64,000 bases of DNA, taken from assembly GCA_965223335.1 (NCBI GenBank), contig OZ244991.1, forward strand, positions 1,888,001 through 1,952,000, read 5' to 3'. Each line of letters begins with the position of its first letter. The stretch's first letter is position 1. Both the position numbers and the translations under genes were made by a program. The notes under the pieces are model-generated. The model made no database searches and was not told where the DNA came from. It worked only from the letters and a program-made list of their open reading frames with translations. Shown piece after piece: positions 9,233 through 19,317 of this stretch. This DNA comes from Thermodesulfobacteriota bacterium. GTDB taxonomy: Bacteria; Desulfobacterota_D; UBA1144; Nemesobacterales; UBA2774.

Positions 9233-10987
9233 ATGAAGAATATTTTATTCGAGCTTGCGGTGGTTACACTCCTGCTGTTTTCGTGCGGTAAAAAGAGCCC
9301 GGTCGAGATTAATGACGGGATCGGTACAGATGTAAGCACCGAGGAAAGCCGATCCGATGCATACTACCACTTTACACTCTCTAGGATGCATTATTATGAC
9401 GGCGATTATAATAAGTCGCTGGAAGAGCTTAGGACCGCAGAGCAGCTAGACCCCAAATCCACCTATCTTAAATACAACCTTGCTATTATGCACATAGCGT
9501 TTAACCAATTCGAAGAGGCTTTGGATAAGCTCAAGCAATGTATCGAGCTTGACCCGGAGTATGCACCGGCGTACACGCTGCTTGGAAAGATGTATGCGTC
9601 GTCCAAAGACCCCAAGCAGCGCAAGGAGGCAGTCTCTGCACTGGAGAGTGCTGTTAAGTACGATACGGATGACCCCGAGGCATATCTGTTTTTGGGAATA
9701 GTTCAGACGGAGAATAAAGAGTACGATAAGGCGCTTGGGAGTTTTGAGAGGGTGGTGGAGCTCGCACCCCGCAATGAGCTCGGATACTATTTTTTGGGCA
9801 GGATATACCTGGAGAAAGGGGACCTGCAAAAAGCTGAGCAGTACTACAGGTATTCGCTTGAGCTTAACCCGAACAACCCTACCTCGCTTTTGGAACTCGC
9901 TCTTGTCTTTGAAAAGCAGGGTGATCTGGAGAAGTCGGAGCGGATCTATCAGGAGATTATCGATCTATTTCCCCAGAACCTGGATTCCTATGTAAGGTAT
10001 GGAAATTTCCTCTTTCGTGTGGACCGGATTAAAGATGCCAAGGAACAGTTCCAGAAGGCAGAGAACCTGGATTACGGCAACCCTGATTTAAAGCTTAGAC
10101 TGGCACTCATATACATAGAGAACAGGGAGTATAACAAAGCAATTGAAGAGCTAAGCTTAATACTCTCGGGCAGTCCCGAGAACGAGAGGGCTAAGTACTA
10201 CCTGGCGCTGGCTTATATCGAGACCGGCAACTACCAGAGGGCTCTCGAACTTCTTGATACGATTGCACCCACCTCAGAGCTCTATAACAACACAATAGTG
10301 CAGAGAGCGTACCTGAATGAAAAAACAGGGGACATCGAGGGGGCGCTTAAGATTATGCAGGAGATCTACGAGATTGAGCCCAATAATGAAGTGGTTGCGA
10401 ACTACTTGGGTATTATCTATAGAAAGTTGGACCGTAACATCGATGCTGCAAAGCTTTATGAAGACTTTCTGGGCAGGGTTAATAGTGAGGCGGTGCTCTA
10501 TTCCCTGGGTGTGACCTATTTCTTTATGGGTGAGGAGGACCGGTCGATAAATACGATGAAGACCCTAGTAGAATTAAACCCAAACCATGCCGATGCGCTT
10601 AATTTCATAGGCTACTCTTATGCTGAGAACGGCCAGAACCTGGACGAGGCCGAGCAGCTCATAAAAAAGGCTATGCTGCTCTCCCCGGATAAGGGGTACA
10701 TTGTGGATAGTCTGGGCTGGGTATATTTCAAGCAGGGCAGATTGGACGAGGCCATAGAGCTCTTGGAGAGAGCAGCGGAGATGGAAGATAATGACCCTGC
10801 GATATTAGAGCACCTAGGGGACGTGTATAAAGAAAAAGCGGATTATGCAAAAGCGCTCGAGTACTATGAGAAGGGGCTTAGGATAGCGAATGCGGAGCCC
10901 GGGGATAATCCCGAGGCAGACAGGGAACTTAGGGAGAGGCTGGAGAAAAAAATCGAAGCCACAAAAAAGATACTGAGTCTAAATTGA
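9233..10987 (+). CDS. TPR-repeat lipoprotein
   Basis: Lipobox LFSC; many TPRs; C-terminal ALNFIGYSYAE...YIVDSLGWVYF...ILEHLGD typical of the TPR protein found upstream of lolB. Confidence 0.9.
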   Translation: MKNILFELAVVTLLLFSCGKKSPVEINDGIGTDVSTEESRSDAYYHFTLSRMHYYDGDYNKSLEELRTAEQLDPKSTYLKYNLAIMHIAFNQFEEALDKLKQCIELDPEYAPAYTLLGKMYASSKDPKQRKEAVSALESAVKYDTDDPEAYLFLGIVQTENKEYDKALGSFERVVELAPRNELGYYFLGRIYLEKGDLQKAEQYYRYSLELNPNNPTSLLELALVFEKQGDLEKSERIYQEIIDLFPQNLDSYVRYGNFLFRVDRIKDAKEQFQKAENLDYGNPDLKLRLALIYIENREYNKAIEELSLILSGSPENERAKYYLALAYIETGNYQRALELLDTIAPTSELYNNTIVQRAYLNEKTGDIEGALKIMQEIYEIEPNNEVVANYLGIIYRKLDRNIDAAKLYEDFLGRVNSEAVLYSLGVTYFFMGEEDRSINTMKTLVELNPNHADALNFIGYSYAENGQNLDEAEQLIKKAMLLSPDKGYIVDSLGWVYFKQGRLDEAIELLERAAEMEDNDPAILEHLGDVYKEKADYAKALEYYEKGLRIANAEPGDNPEADRELRERLEKKIEATKKILSLN

Positions 10988-11763
10988 GAAAGTTAATTGT
11001 AGCGGCATTAATCGTTTGTGTTTTGGGTTTTGTATCGTGTGTTAAATACACGGGTGATCAACCGGGTATTTCCGAGGACGCTAAGGAACTCCTACAAAAG
11101 GTCGAGCTCTACCAGAGCTCTATCAAGTCTGTAAAGGGACTTGCCAGAGTAAAGATTAAAACCAAGTACGATAAACTCACCTATAGCCAGGTAACCATAG
11201 CAACGCTGCCCGATATGGTACGGTTGGAAGCCCTTAACCCCTTTGGTAAAACAATGGGGCTCATTGCCTCGGACGGCTCTAAGATATATATATTCTCGGG
11301 CAACGAAGAGCTTGTGTATGACGGTGGGCAGCCGTTTTATCTGTCGTATGTCTACCCTGGGCTTGATCTGCTTTTAACACCGGAGGACCTTGTCGGCCTG
11401 CTTATCGCCAGGCTGCCTAAAAACGGGGTAATCTCGGATAATGTGAGTACCGAGGTGACCGACGGGGGCACGATAAAGCTTATCTTTAAGACCGACAGTG
11501 GAGAGGACCAGACGGTGTGGGTGAACCCGGTTAACTATAGGGTGATGAAGGCGGATGTGGAGCTATGGGACGGTAAGAGGGCCCAATATAGATTCAGCGA
11601 GCTAAAGGACATCGGCAACGGCCTCTACTTCCCTAAGAATATAGACTTCAGTACACGGGATCTGTCCATTACCATTCGTTATGATGAGGATGTGGAAGTA
11701 AATACAAAGGTGGATAGGTTTTTGTTTAAACCGCGCCCCGATTATGTGTATAGCGGTAATTGA
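10984..11763 (+). CDS. LolB/DUF4292-like lipoprotein (LolA/LolB fold)
   Basis: Lipobox FVSC; VRLEALNPFG motif; beta-rich; 4-nt overlap with the TPR gene. Confidence 0.65.
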   Translation: MRKLIVAALIVCVLGFVSCVKYTGDQPGISEDAKELLQKVELYQSSIKSVKGLARVKIKTKYDKLTYSQVTIATLPDMVRLEALNPFGKTMGLIASDGSKIYIFSGNEELVYDGGQPFYLSYVYPGLDLLLTPEDLVGLLIARLPKNGVISDNVSTEVTDGGTIKLIFKTDSGEDQTVWVNPVNYRVMKADVELWDGKRAQYRFSELKDIGNGLYFPKNIDFSTRDLSITIRYDEDVEVNTKVDRFLFKPRPDYVYSGN

Positions 11764-11817
11764 TTGAGCGAGTGAGGGAGCGAGGGGGCTTGGTGTGCTA
11801 AGGAGGAAGGAGATAAG

Positions 11818-12099
11818 TTGGGTGAAGTAGATCTATCCAGAGTGTTTGTTGTGAAGAATAAACTCGGGCTCCATGCCCGTGCCGCAGCGGTCTTTGTGCG
11901 TTTGTCCAATAAATTTAAGTCCGAGATCAAGATTGTAAAAGACGGTTACGAGGTGGACGGCAAGAGTATACTCGGGGTGCTGTCGCTGGCAGCGGTTAAG
12001 GACACGGAGATAGAGGTGTTTGCTGTGGGTGAAGATGCGGAGCGCGCCTTGGAGAAGATCGCAAAGCTCATTGAGAGTGGATTCGGTGAGGGCGTTTAA
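11818..12099 (+). CDS. ptsH: Phosphocarrier protein HPr/NPr
   Basis: GLHARAAA (His15), DGKSILGVLSL (Ser46); TTG start after SD AGGAG. Confidence 0.95.
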   Translation: MGEVDLSRVFVVKNKLGLHARAAAVFVRLSNKFKSEIKIVKDGYEVDGKSILGVLSLAAVKDTEIEVFAVGEDAERALEKIAKLIESGFGEGV

Positions 12100-13067
12100 T
12101 TGGTGCTGGGTGTGAAGGCATCGGCAAATATATTTTTCGATGCTATGCCTGCTAGAAAAGTCTTTTTCCTTAAGGACTGTACAAACTCGGGCGATCCACA
12201 CAGATAGACGTGGAGGTCTTTTTCCTGTGGCAGATTCTCTAAAACTATATCCTGAATGTTGCCGGTCAGGTAATTGCTGCCCCCGTTGTTGAGCACACAG
12301 GGTGCGTACGTAACATTGTTGTGGCCCTTAGCAATCTCTATGAGTTTGTGGCTGTAGTAGAGGTCCTCTGAACTGCGTGCACCGTGATAGAGCTCGATTT
12401 TCCCTCGATGGTTGTTTCTTATAGCGTCTACGAGTATCCCGTATAGAGGGGCAAGTCCCGTGCCCGTACCGGCTAATACAATGGGGAACTCGTTGCTATC
12501 CTCCTTTGCGTAAAAGCAGCTGCCCGCGGGACCGCGTATATGCATTACCATGCCCGCCCTGGCCTCGTTTGCTACCCACCCGCTCATCTGACCGTCGGGT
12601 ATATGACGGATGTGAAGCTCGATAAAACCGTCTTCTTCGGGCTGGTTGGCAATGGAGTAGCAACGCGATACGTTGTGGGGATTGATAAGAGTGAGGTACT
12701 GCCCAGGGATGCATGTAAATCGGTCGAGCGGTTTTAGTCTGAGTGCAACAACGTTATGAGTTAGTTTCTCGACATCTGTTATCTTTGTAGGAACCGTGGA
12801 TTCAACTACGCTCGGGAGATCTATTGATAGATCTTGGGTAGGTTTTAATCTGCACGCAAGAGCAAACCCCTTTGCCTTATAAGTGCTCTTTAAGCCCTTT
12901 TGGGACTCTTCTGGAGCCTTACCCTCAAGTACCTTGATCATGCATGTTTGGCATGACCCGGATTTACAGGAAAAAGGTATGCTCTTTTCGTTGCGGGTTA
13001 AACAATCGAGAACACTCTCACCTTGCTCGATCGTAAAATTCTCGGCCTTAAAACGCAGTACAGGCAT
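12096..13067 (-). CDS. 2Fe-2S ferredoxin plus FAD/NAD(P)-binding oxidoreductase
   Basis: CKSGSCQTC...C cluster motif, RCYSIAN, GQMS, GTGTGLAP, YLCGS. Confidence 0.92.
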   Translation of the reverse strand: MPVLRFKAENFTIEQGESVLDCLTRNEKSIPFSCKSGSCQTCMIKVLEGKAPEESQKGLKSTYKAKGFALACRLKPTQDLSIDLPSVVESTVPTKITDVEKLTHNVVALRLKPLDRFTCIPGQYLTLINPHNVSRCYSIANQPEEDGFIELHIRHIPDGQMSGWVANEARAGMVMHIRGPAGSCFYAKEDSNEFPIVLAGTGTGLAPLYGILVDAIRNNHRGKIELYHGARSSEDLYYSHKLIEIAKGHNNVTYAPCVLNNGGSNYLTGNIQDIVLENLPQEKDLHVYLCGSPEFVQSLRKKTFLAGIASKNIFADAFTPSTN

Positions 13068-13076
13068 TATTAATTC

Positions 13077-13430
13077 CTAGAGATCCAGCACATCATCATG
13101 CGTGCTGGCAGCTATGGCCATTACTTGGTTAATAAGGTCGTTCGGAACACTGAGTTCTTCGAGTGTAGCCTGAAGGTGGCCTGCAACAGCCTGAAAATGC
13201 TTTTCCTCGATATCCATATCTTTGTGTGCTTCGCGCATGTCTTTTCCCGTATACTCATTAGGGCCGCCAAAGGCCATTGTCAGAAAAGACTTTTGTTTGG
13301 CAATCTGCTCATCCATATCGATTTTATCGAAAAAGTGTGTGAGATCGGGGTCTGCTAGGACCTTGCGATAGAAAATATCGACAGCCGCGTCCACTGCTCC
13401 TTCTCCTCCGATTTGTTCAAATAGAGACAT
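13077..13430 (-). CDS. glbN: Group I truncated haemoglobin (2/2 globin)
   Basis: SLFEQIGG...VDIFYRKVLAD...FF...AFGGPNEYTGKDMREAH. Confidence 0.93.
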   Translation of the reverse strand: MSLFEQIGGEGAVDAAVDIFYRKVLADPDLTHFFDKIDMDEQIAKQKSFLTMAFGGPNEYTGKDMREAHKDMDIEEKHFQAVAGHLQATLEELSVPNDLINQVMAIAASTHDDVLDL

Positions 13431-13489
13431 ACTAACACCTCGCTATATAGTATATTTTTGCATACCAGTGACAAATAGTGTCGCATAAG

Positions 13490-13544
13490 ACAATATACGA
13501 ACTTATATAACGTATATTGTACGACCGGTGGTAATAATTGTCAA
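13490..13544 (-). promoter_or_regulatory. Sigma70 promoter of the glbN operon with overlapping inverted-repeat operator
   Basis: Minus strand TTGACA (13544-13539)-17-TACAAT (13521-13516); perfect IR ACAATATACG (13490-13499)-N11-CGTATATTGT (13511-13520). Confidence 0.75.
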
Positions 13545-13745
13545 CAGGTAAAAATAGTAGAAGATATTTTGCATGATTATAGAGGGTTATGTGTGTAAAT
13601 GATTTGGAAATCGAGTAGTCTGATAAGATATGTGTATTAATATTGATATGGAATATGCTTTACTGCTCAATTGCAGGTAACTTTCAAAGGTGATTTATTC
13701 TTTATAGCTGACTGGACTCGAATTAACACTATTGGGTGGCGATCA

Positions 13746-14360
13746 TTGGAAATATATTATTTTTTAAAAGCGATTTTAGTAGGGATGATCATAGCATTGC
13801 CAATAGGGCCGGTGGGTGCCCTCGGTATACAGAGGACTGCTGTAAAGAGCATGGCTAGCGGAGTGATTTCGGGCTTGGGAGCGACGGTCGCAGACATAGT
13901 TTTCGGCCTTGTATCGTTACTGGGTATGAGTTTTATATCGGGTCTTTTGCTGGAGAATGAGGCTATATTCAGGGTAGTCGGCGGGTTGATACTGTTTTAT
14001 TTTGGGATTTCCGTCGTGCTATCGGACCCGAAACGTGCCGTCAATAATTCGAGTTCTTCTTTATTGGCAGATTTTGTGTCTGCGTTTTTATTAACCCTTT
14101 CAAATCCCATGGTTATCCTATCATTTGTGGCTGTATACGCTGTGCTGGGTATTGTGGGGCCTAGTTTGGACGCCAAAGAAATCACTATCTTCATTGCTGG
14201 ATTTTTCATAGGCTCTATGGGGCTATGGGTTTTAGTTAGTTATATAGTCCATGTGATGAAGAAAGGGCTCGATGAAAAGGGGATCGGATGGATCAATAGG
14301 GGTGCAGGGTTATTAATAATCGGTTGTGGAGTGTATGCGTTCTTAAGCTTATTGATCTAA
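13746..14360 (+). CDS. LysE/RhtB family exporter
   Basis: IALPIGPVG, GLGATVAD, FLLTLSNPMVIL; hydrophobic helices; TTG start at 13746 preferred. Confidence 0.88.
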   Translation: MEIYYFLKAILVGMIIALPIGPVGALGIQRTAVKSMASGVISGLGATVADIVFGLVSLLGMSFISGLLLENEAIFRVVGGLILFYFGISVVLSDPKRAVNNSSSSLLADFVSAFLLTLSNPMVILSFVAVYAVLGIVGPSLDAKEITIFIAGFFIGSMGLWVLVSYIVHVMKKGLDEKGIGWINRGAGLLIIGCGVYAFLSLLI

Positions 14361-14370
14361 GGTATTAGCG

Positions 14371-15294
14371 CTATTTGCCTAGTATATCGTTTTTCTGACC
14401 CCTAAAGATCACTAGAAAAACTACACCCGTTATTATCGCTACACCGCCCATGAGTTTTATGAATGACGGTAGTTCGCCGAATAGCGTAAATGAGAGCAAA
14501 ATTACAAACAATGACTCCATGGGCATGACTGCGGTGGATCGAGAGACGTCGAGTAGTTTGATGGATTGGAACTGGCATGCCTTCGCCACGTATGCTCCTG
14601 TGATGCCTCCCAGAGCCATATAAATAATATTAAGTGGTGAGGGCACATGGAATTTACCCATTATGACTATGTAAATGAGTAGTGCTATGGATACCCCGAG
14701 CGTGCGGAGAGTGGCGACCGTCAGCATGTTTAGATCCTGTCCCGTTTTTTTAATGATGAAGGATAGAAACGAATAACAAAACGCTGCGCCAAGTGCAGTG
14801 AGCGTGCCGTATATTAGGTAGCTCTCGCGCTGGTAAGCAACCACTATACCCCCTGCGATCGTTATTATTATTCCTATGGTCTCGCCTCTGTTTAACCTCT
14901 CGCCCAGGAACATGATGCCCAGTGTTAGTGAGAAAAGAGTCTGTGCCTTCATGAGAAATGATGTGAGGGGAAGCCCGATTGTGCGAAGCGACATTATCCA
15001 TAACGCTGCACCCAAAGATGTCACTAGCGAGCTGTAAATGAATATCCTCGTATATTTTCTTAGGTTTCTGAGCTCGGCTTTTTGTGACGGGATCAGCAAT
15101 ACTGTAAATATCGAGAGAACAAAAGCGCCCGCGAACCAGTAAAAAGTAGTTACAAACGCATCGATATCGGTATCTACGGCCCTGCCGAATGCGTAGGAGA
15201 AAGCCGTAAATAGTGCCGTCCCGACTAAAAACAGATAGCCTTTTAACGGGAATTTACCGGATTGTGTTTGTTGTTGAGTGTCTGAGTTGCTCAT
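14371..15294 (-). CDS. DMT/EamA family transporter
   Basis: About 10 TM helices in two repeats, FLGERL and FGELP motifs; start moved to ATG 15294. Confidence 0.87.
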   Translation of the reverse strand: MSNSDTQQQTQSGKFPLKGYLFLVGTALFTAFSYAFGRAVDTDIDAFVTTFYWFAGAFVLSIFTVLLIPSQKAELRNLRKYTRIFIYSSLVTSLGAALWIMSLRTIGLPLTSFLMKAQTLFSLTLGIMFLGERLNRGETIGIIITIAGGIVVAYQRESYLIYGTLTALGAAFCYSFLSFIIKKTGQDLNMLTVATLRTLGVSIALLIYIVIMGKFHVPSPLNIIYMALGGITGAYVAKACQFQSIKLLDVSRSTAVMPMESLFVILLSFTLFGELPSFIKLMGGVAIITGVVFLVIFRGQKNDILGK

Positions 15295-15299
15295 GCTAT

Positions 15300-16232
15300 C
15301 TATTTGTCTTTTAAACCGCGCCTCCACCACCACGCTAAGATCGAGCCCGAAATGTTATGCCATACACTAAAGAGGGCAGAGGGTAAAGCGGCAAGCGCAC
15401 CGAAATGCACCGATGCCAGTGCTACTCCAAGCCCCGAGTTCTGCATCCCTACCTCTATAGAGATGGCCTTGGTGCTTGCGATGTCCATCCCGATTAGTCT
15501 GCCAAGCACATAGCCTGTCGAAAACCCTAATGCGTTGTGAACTATTACAACCAGCGCCAGTACAATACCTAAATTTTTTATAGATTCGGAATTTGCTGCA
15601 ACTATTACACCCACAATAAATATGATCGATAACGAAGATAATGACGGCAATATGGGCATTGCGTATTTTAGGTAGTTGCCCATAAGCCTCCTCGACAAAA
15701 GGCCGAGCGCGATCGGGATGAGTATTATTTTTATTGCGGACACAAACAGTTTTGTTACCGGTACGTCTACCCACTGCCCAGCGTATAGATACATGAGCAG
15801 GGGAATCATAAGGGGTGAGATGAGCGTGGATACAGAAGTGATAGTGACCGAGAGTGCGAGGTCACCCCGGGCGAGATACGTGATGACATTGGACGCCGTG
15901 CCCCCGGGACAAGACCCGAGCAACACCACCCCGGTAGCCAGTAGAGGGCTAAGGCCAAATAGCTCGGCGAGTAAGAATCCTACAAATGGCATGATCACGT
16001 ATTGCGCTGCCACGCCTACCGTTACCGCCTTGGGTCTCTTGAGCACCCTCTTAAAATCACCCGGGGTGAGCGTCATACCCATGCCAAACATAATCACACC
16101 CAAGACAGGGACAATGAGATAAGAGAGGGATGCGAAGCTCTGAGGGGACCAAAAAGCAATCAGTGAGAACAATAGAATCCATACTGTGAAGAGATCCGTG
16201 ATAACCCTGTTGATGAGTTCTATGTATCTCAA
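15300..16232 (-). CDS. Bile acid:sodium symporter family (PanS-like)
   Basis: IMFGMGMTL, AQYVIMP, CPGGTASNV, SIEVGMQNSGLG, FSVWHNISG. Confidence 0.93.
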   Translation of the reverse strand: MRYIELINRVITDLFTVWILLFSLIAFWSPQSFASLSYLIVPVLGVIMFGMGMTLTPGDFKRVLKRPKAVTVGVAAQYVIMPFVGFLLAELFGLSPLLATGVVLLGSCPGGTASNVITYLARGDLALSVTITSVSTLISPLMIPLLMYLYAGQWVDVPVTKLFVSAIKIILIPIALGLLSRRLMGNYLKYAMPILPSLSSLSIIFIVGVIVAANSESIKNLGIVLALVVIVHNALGFSTGYVLGRLIGMDIASTKAISIEVGMQNSGLGVALASVHFGALAALPSALFSVWHNISGSILAWWWRRGLKDK

Positions 16233-16284
16233 AGTGGCTTAATGGGAACGCTCGAGGTTTTTGGGTCTCGCCTGCTGATTATAA

Positions 16285-16725
16285 TTATTCTTCTTGTTCC
16301 GTATCCGGGGGTCGCGGAGCCGCCTGCTCGACGGCGATCGCAAGTTTGGCAAAGCCCTCGGTTTTAACTATATCCATTACCTGTACAACCTTGCCGTGAG
16401 GGACCGTGTTGTCTGCGCGTATTATAACCAACGAGTCTTTTTGCTGGTTTTCTCGAAGGGTATTTCTAAGCGCTTGTAGATCTGTGGTTTTATCGTTGAA
16501 GTACACTTTGCCGTCTTGGGTCAGGTTTATGGTCATCTGCTCGGTTTTTACAGGTTCGGCAGAGCTTGCTTTGGGCAGCTTTACGTTAATACCACCCGAG
16601 GTGGCGGCAAAATTAAACGAGAGCGCAAAGAATATGAGCAGGTTAAACACTACATCGACGATTGGTGTCAGATCGAGTGTTGCCCCCGCTCCTGATTTAT
16701 TTAACTTTTCTGTTCTAAATCTCAT
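16285..16725 (-). CDS. exbD: Biopolymer transport protein ExbD/TolR
   Basis: LDLTPIVDVVFNLLIFF, IIRAD...HGKVVQVMD. Confidence 0.9.
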   Translation of the reverse strand: MRFRTEKLNKSGAGATLDLTPIVDVVFNLLIFFALSFNFAATSGGINVKLPKASSAEPVKTEQMTINLTQDGKVYFNDKTTDLQALRNTLRENQQKDSLVIIRADNTVPHGKVVQVMDIVKTEGFAKLAIAVEQAAPRPPDTEQEE

Positions 16726-17381
16726 CCCATTTTGTCTTCTGTTTGATTATCGTTACGTTCTTTGAATTCGGATATATATTCTAATACTCTCCGGGACTCT
16801 TCTTCCATTAGCGAGACGAACTCGTCTGTGCGCCCGGATATGTATTTGTAGGCTATGAATGCGGGGATGGCCACGACAAGACCGAGTGCGGTGGTGTATA
16901 GGGCTTCGGATATACCACCCGCGAGCTCAGGGGGGTTTACGATGGGTTTGTCGGCTATGACCCTGAATATCTTTATCATACCGGATATGGTTCCGAGCAG
17001 GCCTAGAAGTGTGCTCACGTTGCTTATTGCGCCCAGTCCCTCGTTGTAACGGTAGAGCTCTATAGCCTCTTTGCGGCCGGACTCTTCGATCTCTTCTCGG
17101 ATCTCCTCTTTGGGTCTGCCCGAATACTCAAGGGCATTCTCTGCGATTTTTGCTATAGCGGAATTATTGGTCTGGGCGTAGATTTTAGCCTCTTTTACCC
17201 TGCCGTCTGAGATCATTCTGAGTATAGTGGTTATGAACTGTCCGGGTATGATCTTGTTGGTACGCAGCGTCCACATCTTTTGCAGAAAAATTGCTAGCCC
17301 TATAATAGAGCAAAGGATGATCGGATATACGAAAAATCCCCCTCTATCTATAACCTCAAATATACTCAGGTCTAATTCCAT
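16722..17381 (-). CDS. exbB: MotA/TolQ/ExbB proton channel
   Basis: LLGLLGTISGMI, LAGGISEALYTTALGL; ATGA overlap with exbD. Confidence 0.9.
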   Translation of the reverse strand: MELDLSIFEVIDRGGFFVYPIILCSIIGLAIFLQKMWTLRTNKIIPGQFITTILRMISDGRVKEAKIYAQTNNSAIAKIAENALEYSGRPKEEIREEIEESGRKEAIELYRYNEGLGAISNVSTLLGLLGTISGMIKIFRVIADKPIVNPPELAGGISEALYTTALGLVVAIPAFIAYKYISGRTDEFVSLMEEESRRVLEYISEFKERNDNQTEDKMG

Positions 17382-17577
17382 GGGACCTCCGAATGGTTAT
17401 GTTAAGATGAGCTTAAATTGATATGTCGAACTGCGTTAGTAAGAATTGCATATAGGATATCTACACCGCTTTATAAGGTCAACCAAAATTAAGCAGTGGT
17501 AGATTGATTTGCCCGTAGATTGATCGAGGTGTTGCATTTGGGGCAGAAATCGGTAATTTTACGCTTTGAGTTAGACC

Positions 17578-19293
17578 GTGAGATACTCTGAGTATTTTAT
17601 CCCGACATTAAAAGAAGACCCTGCCGACGCCGAGGTAGTGAGCCACAAGCTTATGGTGCGTGCGGGGATGATAAGAAAGCTTGCAGCGGGGATCTATAAC
17701 TACCTTCCGCTAGGTATGCGATCGATAAAAAAAGTAGAGAATATTGTGCGTGAGGAGATGAATCGTGCAGGGGCGATTGAGCTTTTGATGCCGGCGGTTC
17801 TCCCGGCTGAGCTCTGGCGCGAGAGTGGTAGGTGGGATGTGTACGGTAAGGAACTGCTTCGTTTCCAGGACCGCGCCGAGAGGGAGTTTTGCATAGGGCC
17901 CACGCACGAGGAGATTATCACAGATATTGTGAGAAGGGAGATACACTCGTACAAGCAGCTTCCGATTAATCTCTATCAGATACAGACCAAGTTCCGAGAC
18001 GAGATCCGCCCGCGCTTTGGTGTGATGCGGGCACGTGAATTCATTATGAAGGACGCTTACAGTTTTGACGCCAACGAAGAGGGTGCTGAAAAATCCTACT
18101 GGGCGATGTACGAGGCATACAACCGTATATTCGAGAGGTGCGGGCTTGAGTTCAGAGCTGTGCTGGCAGATACCGGAAACATTGGCGGCAGTTTCTCGCA
18201 TGAGTTTATGGTGTTGGCACCAACGGGTGAGGACATTATTATGAGCTGTAGCAGTTGTGACTATGCGGCAAACCTGGAGCTTGCAAGAATCCGTCCCGAC
18301 AATAACCCCGAACACAATAACTCGACTGAGCAAAGGAACATTGAAGAGGCGCACACGCCGAATTTAAAAACCGTGGATGAGGTGGCTGAGTTTCTTAACG
18401 TAGAACCCCGAGAGCTTATAAAAACAATGATAGTGCTTGTGGATGGAAAGCCCCTGGCAGCGCTTGTGAGGGGGGACCATGAGCTTAGTTTGACCAAGCT
18501 TCGTAACGCTCTCGGTGCAGATATAGTGGAGCTTGCCCCTGCTAATGTTATACGCGAGGTGACAGGAGGGCCTATGGGTTTTAGCGGTCCGGTCGGTCTC
18601 AAAGTGGATATGATCGGGGACGATGCGCTTGTGGAAACAGGTTCTGCAGTAGTTGGTGCCAATAAGGCTGATTACCATCTGATTAACGCGACACCGGGAA
18701 GAGACTATAACCTAAGCAGCTTCTCTGACATTAGGGTTGCTGTGGACAGTGATCCCTGCCCTAATTGTACAGACGGTCATTTACAGTCGAGCAGGGGGAT
18801 AGAGGTCGGTCATGTGTTTATGCTGGGGACTAAGTACAGCGAGGCGATGGGGGCTAATTTTGTAGATGCTAATGGCAAGGATAAGCCCTATATAATGGGG
18901 TGTTACGGAATAGGTGTAGGGCGCACAGTAGCTGCTGCGATAGAGCAGAACCATGATGATAACGGGATTAAGTTCCCCAGGCCCGTAGCCCCTTTTGAGG
19001 TAACAGTGCTTGCGCTCAATATGAAAGACGCCGAGGTAACCAAGACCGCAGAGAATATATACCAACAGCTAAACGATGCAGGGTACGAGGCTATACTTGA
19101 TGACAGAGAGGTAGGGGCCGGATTTAAATTTAAAGATGCTGATCTAATCGGGGTACCACTACAAGTGGCTATAGGGCCGAGGACTCTTAAAGACGGGGAA
19201 GTGGAGATTAAACTGAGGAAGGACGGCGAGCCGAAACGGGTGAAGGTAAACGAGGTATTGAAAGAGGTTGAGTCTGTGATTGCCGGAAGCTGA
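17578..19293 (+). CDS. proS: Proline--tRNA ligase (with editing insertion)
   Basis: SHKLMVRAG, QTKFRDEIRPRFG, GIEVGHVF, MGCYGIG. Confidence 0.98.
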   Translation: MRYSEYFIPTLKEDPADAEVVSHKLMVRAGMIRKLAAGIYNYLPLGMRSIKKVENIVREEMNRAGAIELLMPAVLPAELWRESGRWDVYGKELLRFQDRAEREFCIGPTHEEIITDIVRREIHSYKQLPINLYQIQTKFRDEIRPRFGVMRAREFIMKDAYSFDANEEGAEKSYWAMYEAYNRIFERCGLEFRAVLADTGNIGGSFSHEFMVLAPTGEDIIMSCSSCDYAANLELARIRPDNNPEHNNSTEQRNIEEAHTPNLKTVDEVAEFLNVEPRELIKTMIVLVDGKPLAALVRGDHELSLTKLRNALGADIVELAPANVIREVTGGPMGFSGPVGLKVDMIGDDALVETGSAVVGANKADYHLINATPGRDYNLSSFSDIRVAVDSDPCPNCTDGHLQSSRGIEVGHVFMLGTKYSEAMGANFVDANGKDKPYIMGCYGIGVGRTVAAAIEQNHDDNGIKFPRPVAPFEVTVLALNMKDAEVTKTAENIYQQLNDAGYEAILDDREVGAGFKFKDADLIGVPLQVAIGPRTLKDGEVEIKLRKDGEPKRVKVNEVLKEVESVIAGS

Positions 19294-19317
19294 TCTACCG
19301 GTGTTATTATAAATACT

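Noticed and set aside
15318..15329. 12-bp match GCGCCTCCACCA to the tmRNA 3' end (30180-30191), a possible att site
   Set aside because: Short, lies inside a coding region, and the interval contains core genes such as proS and clpB; likely chance
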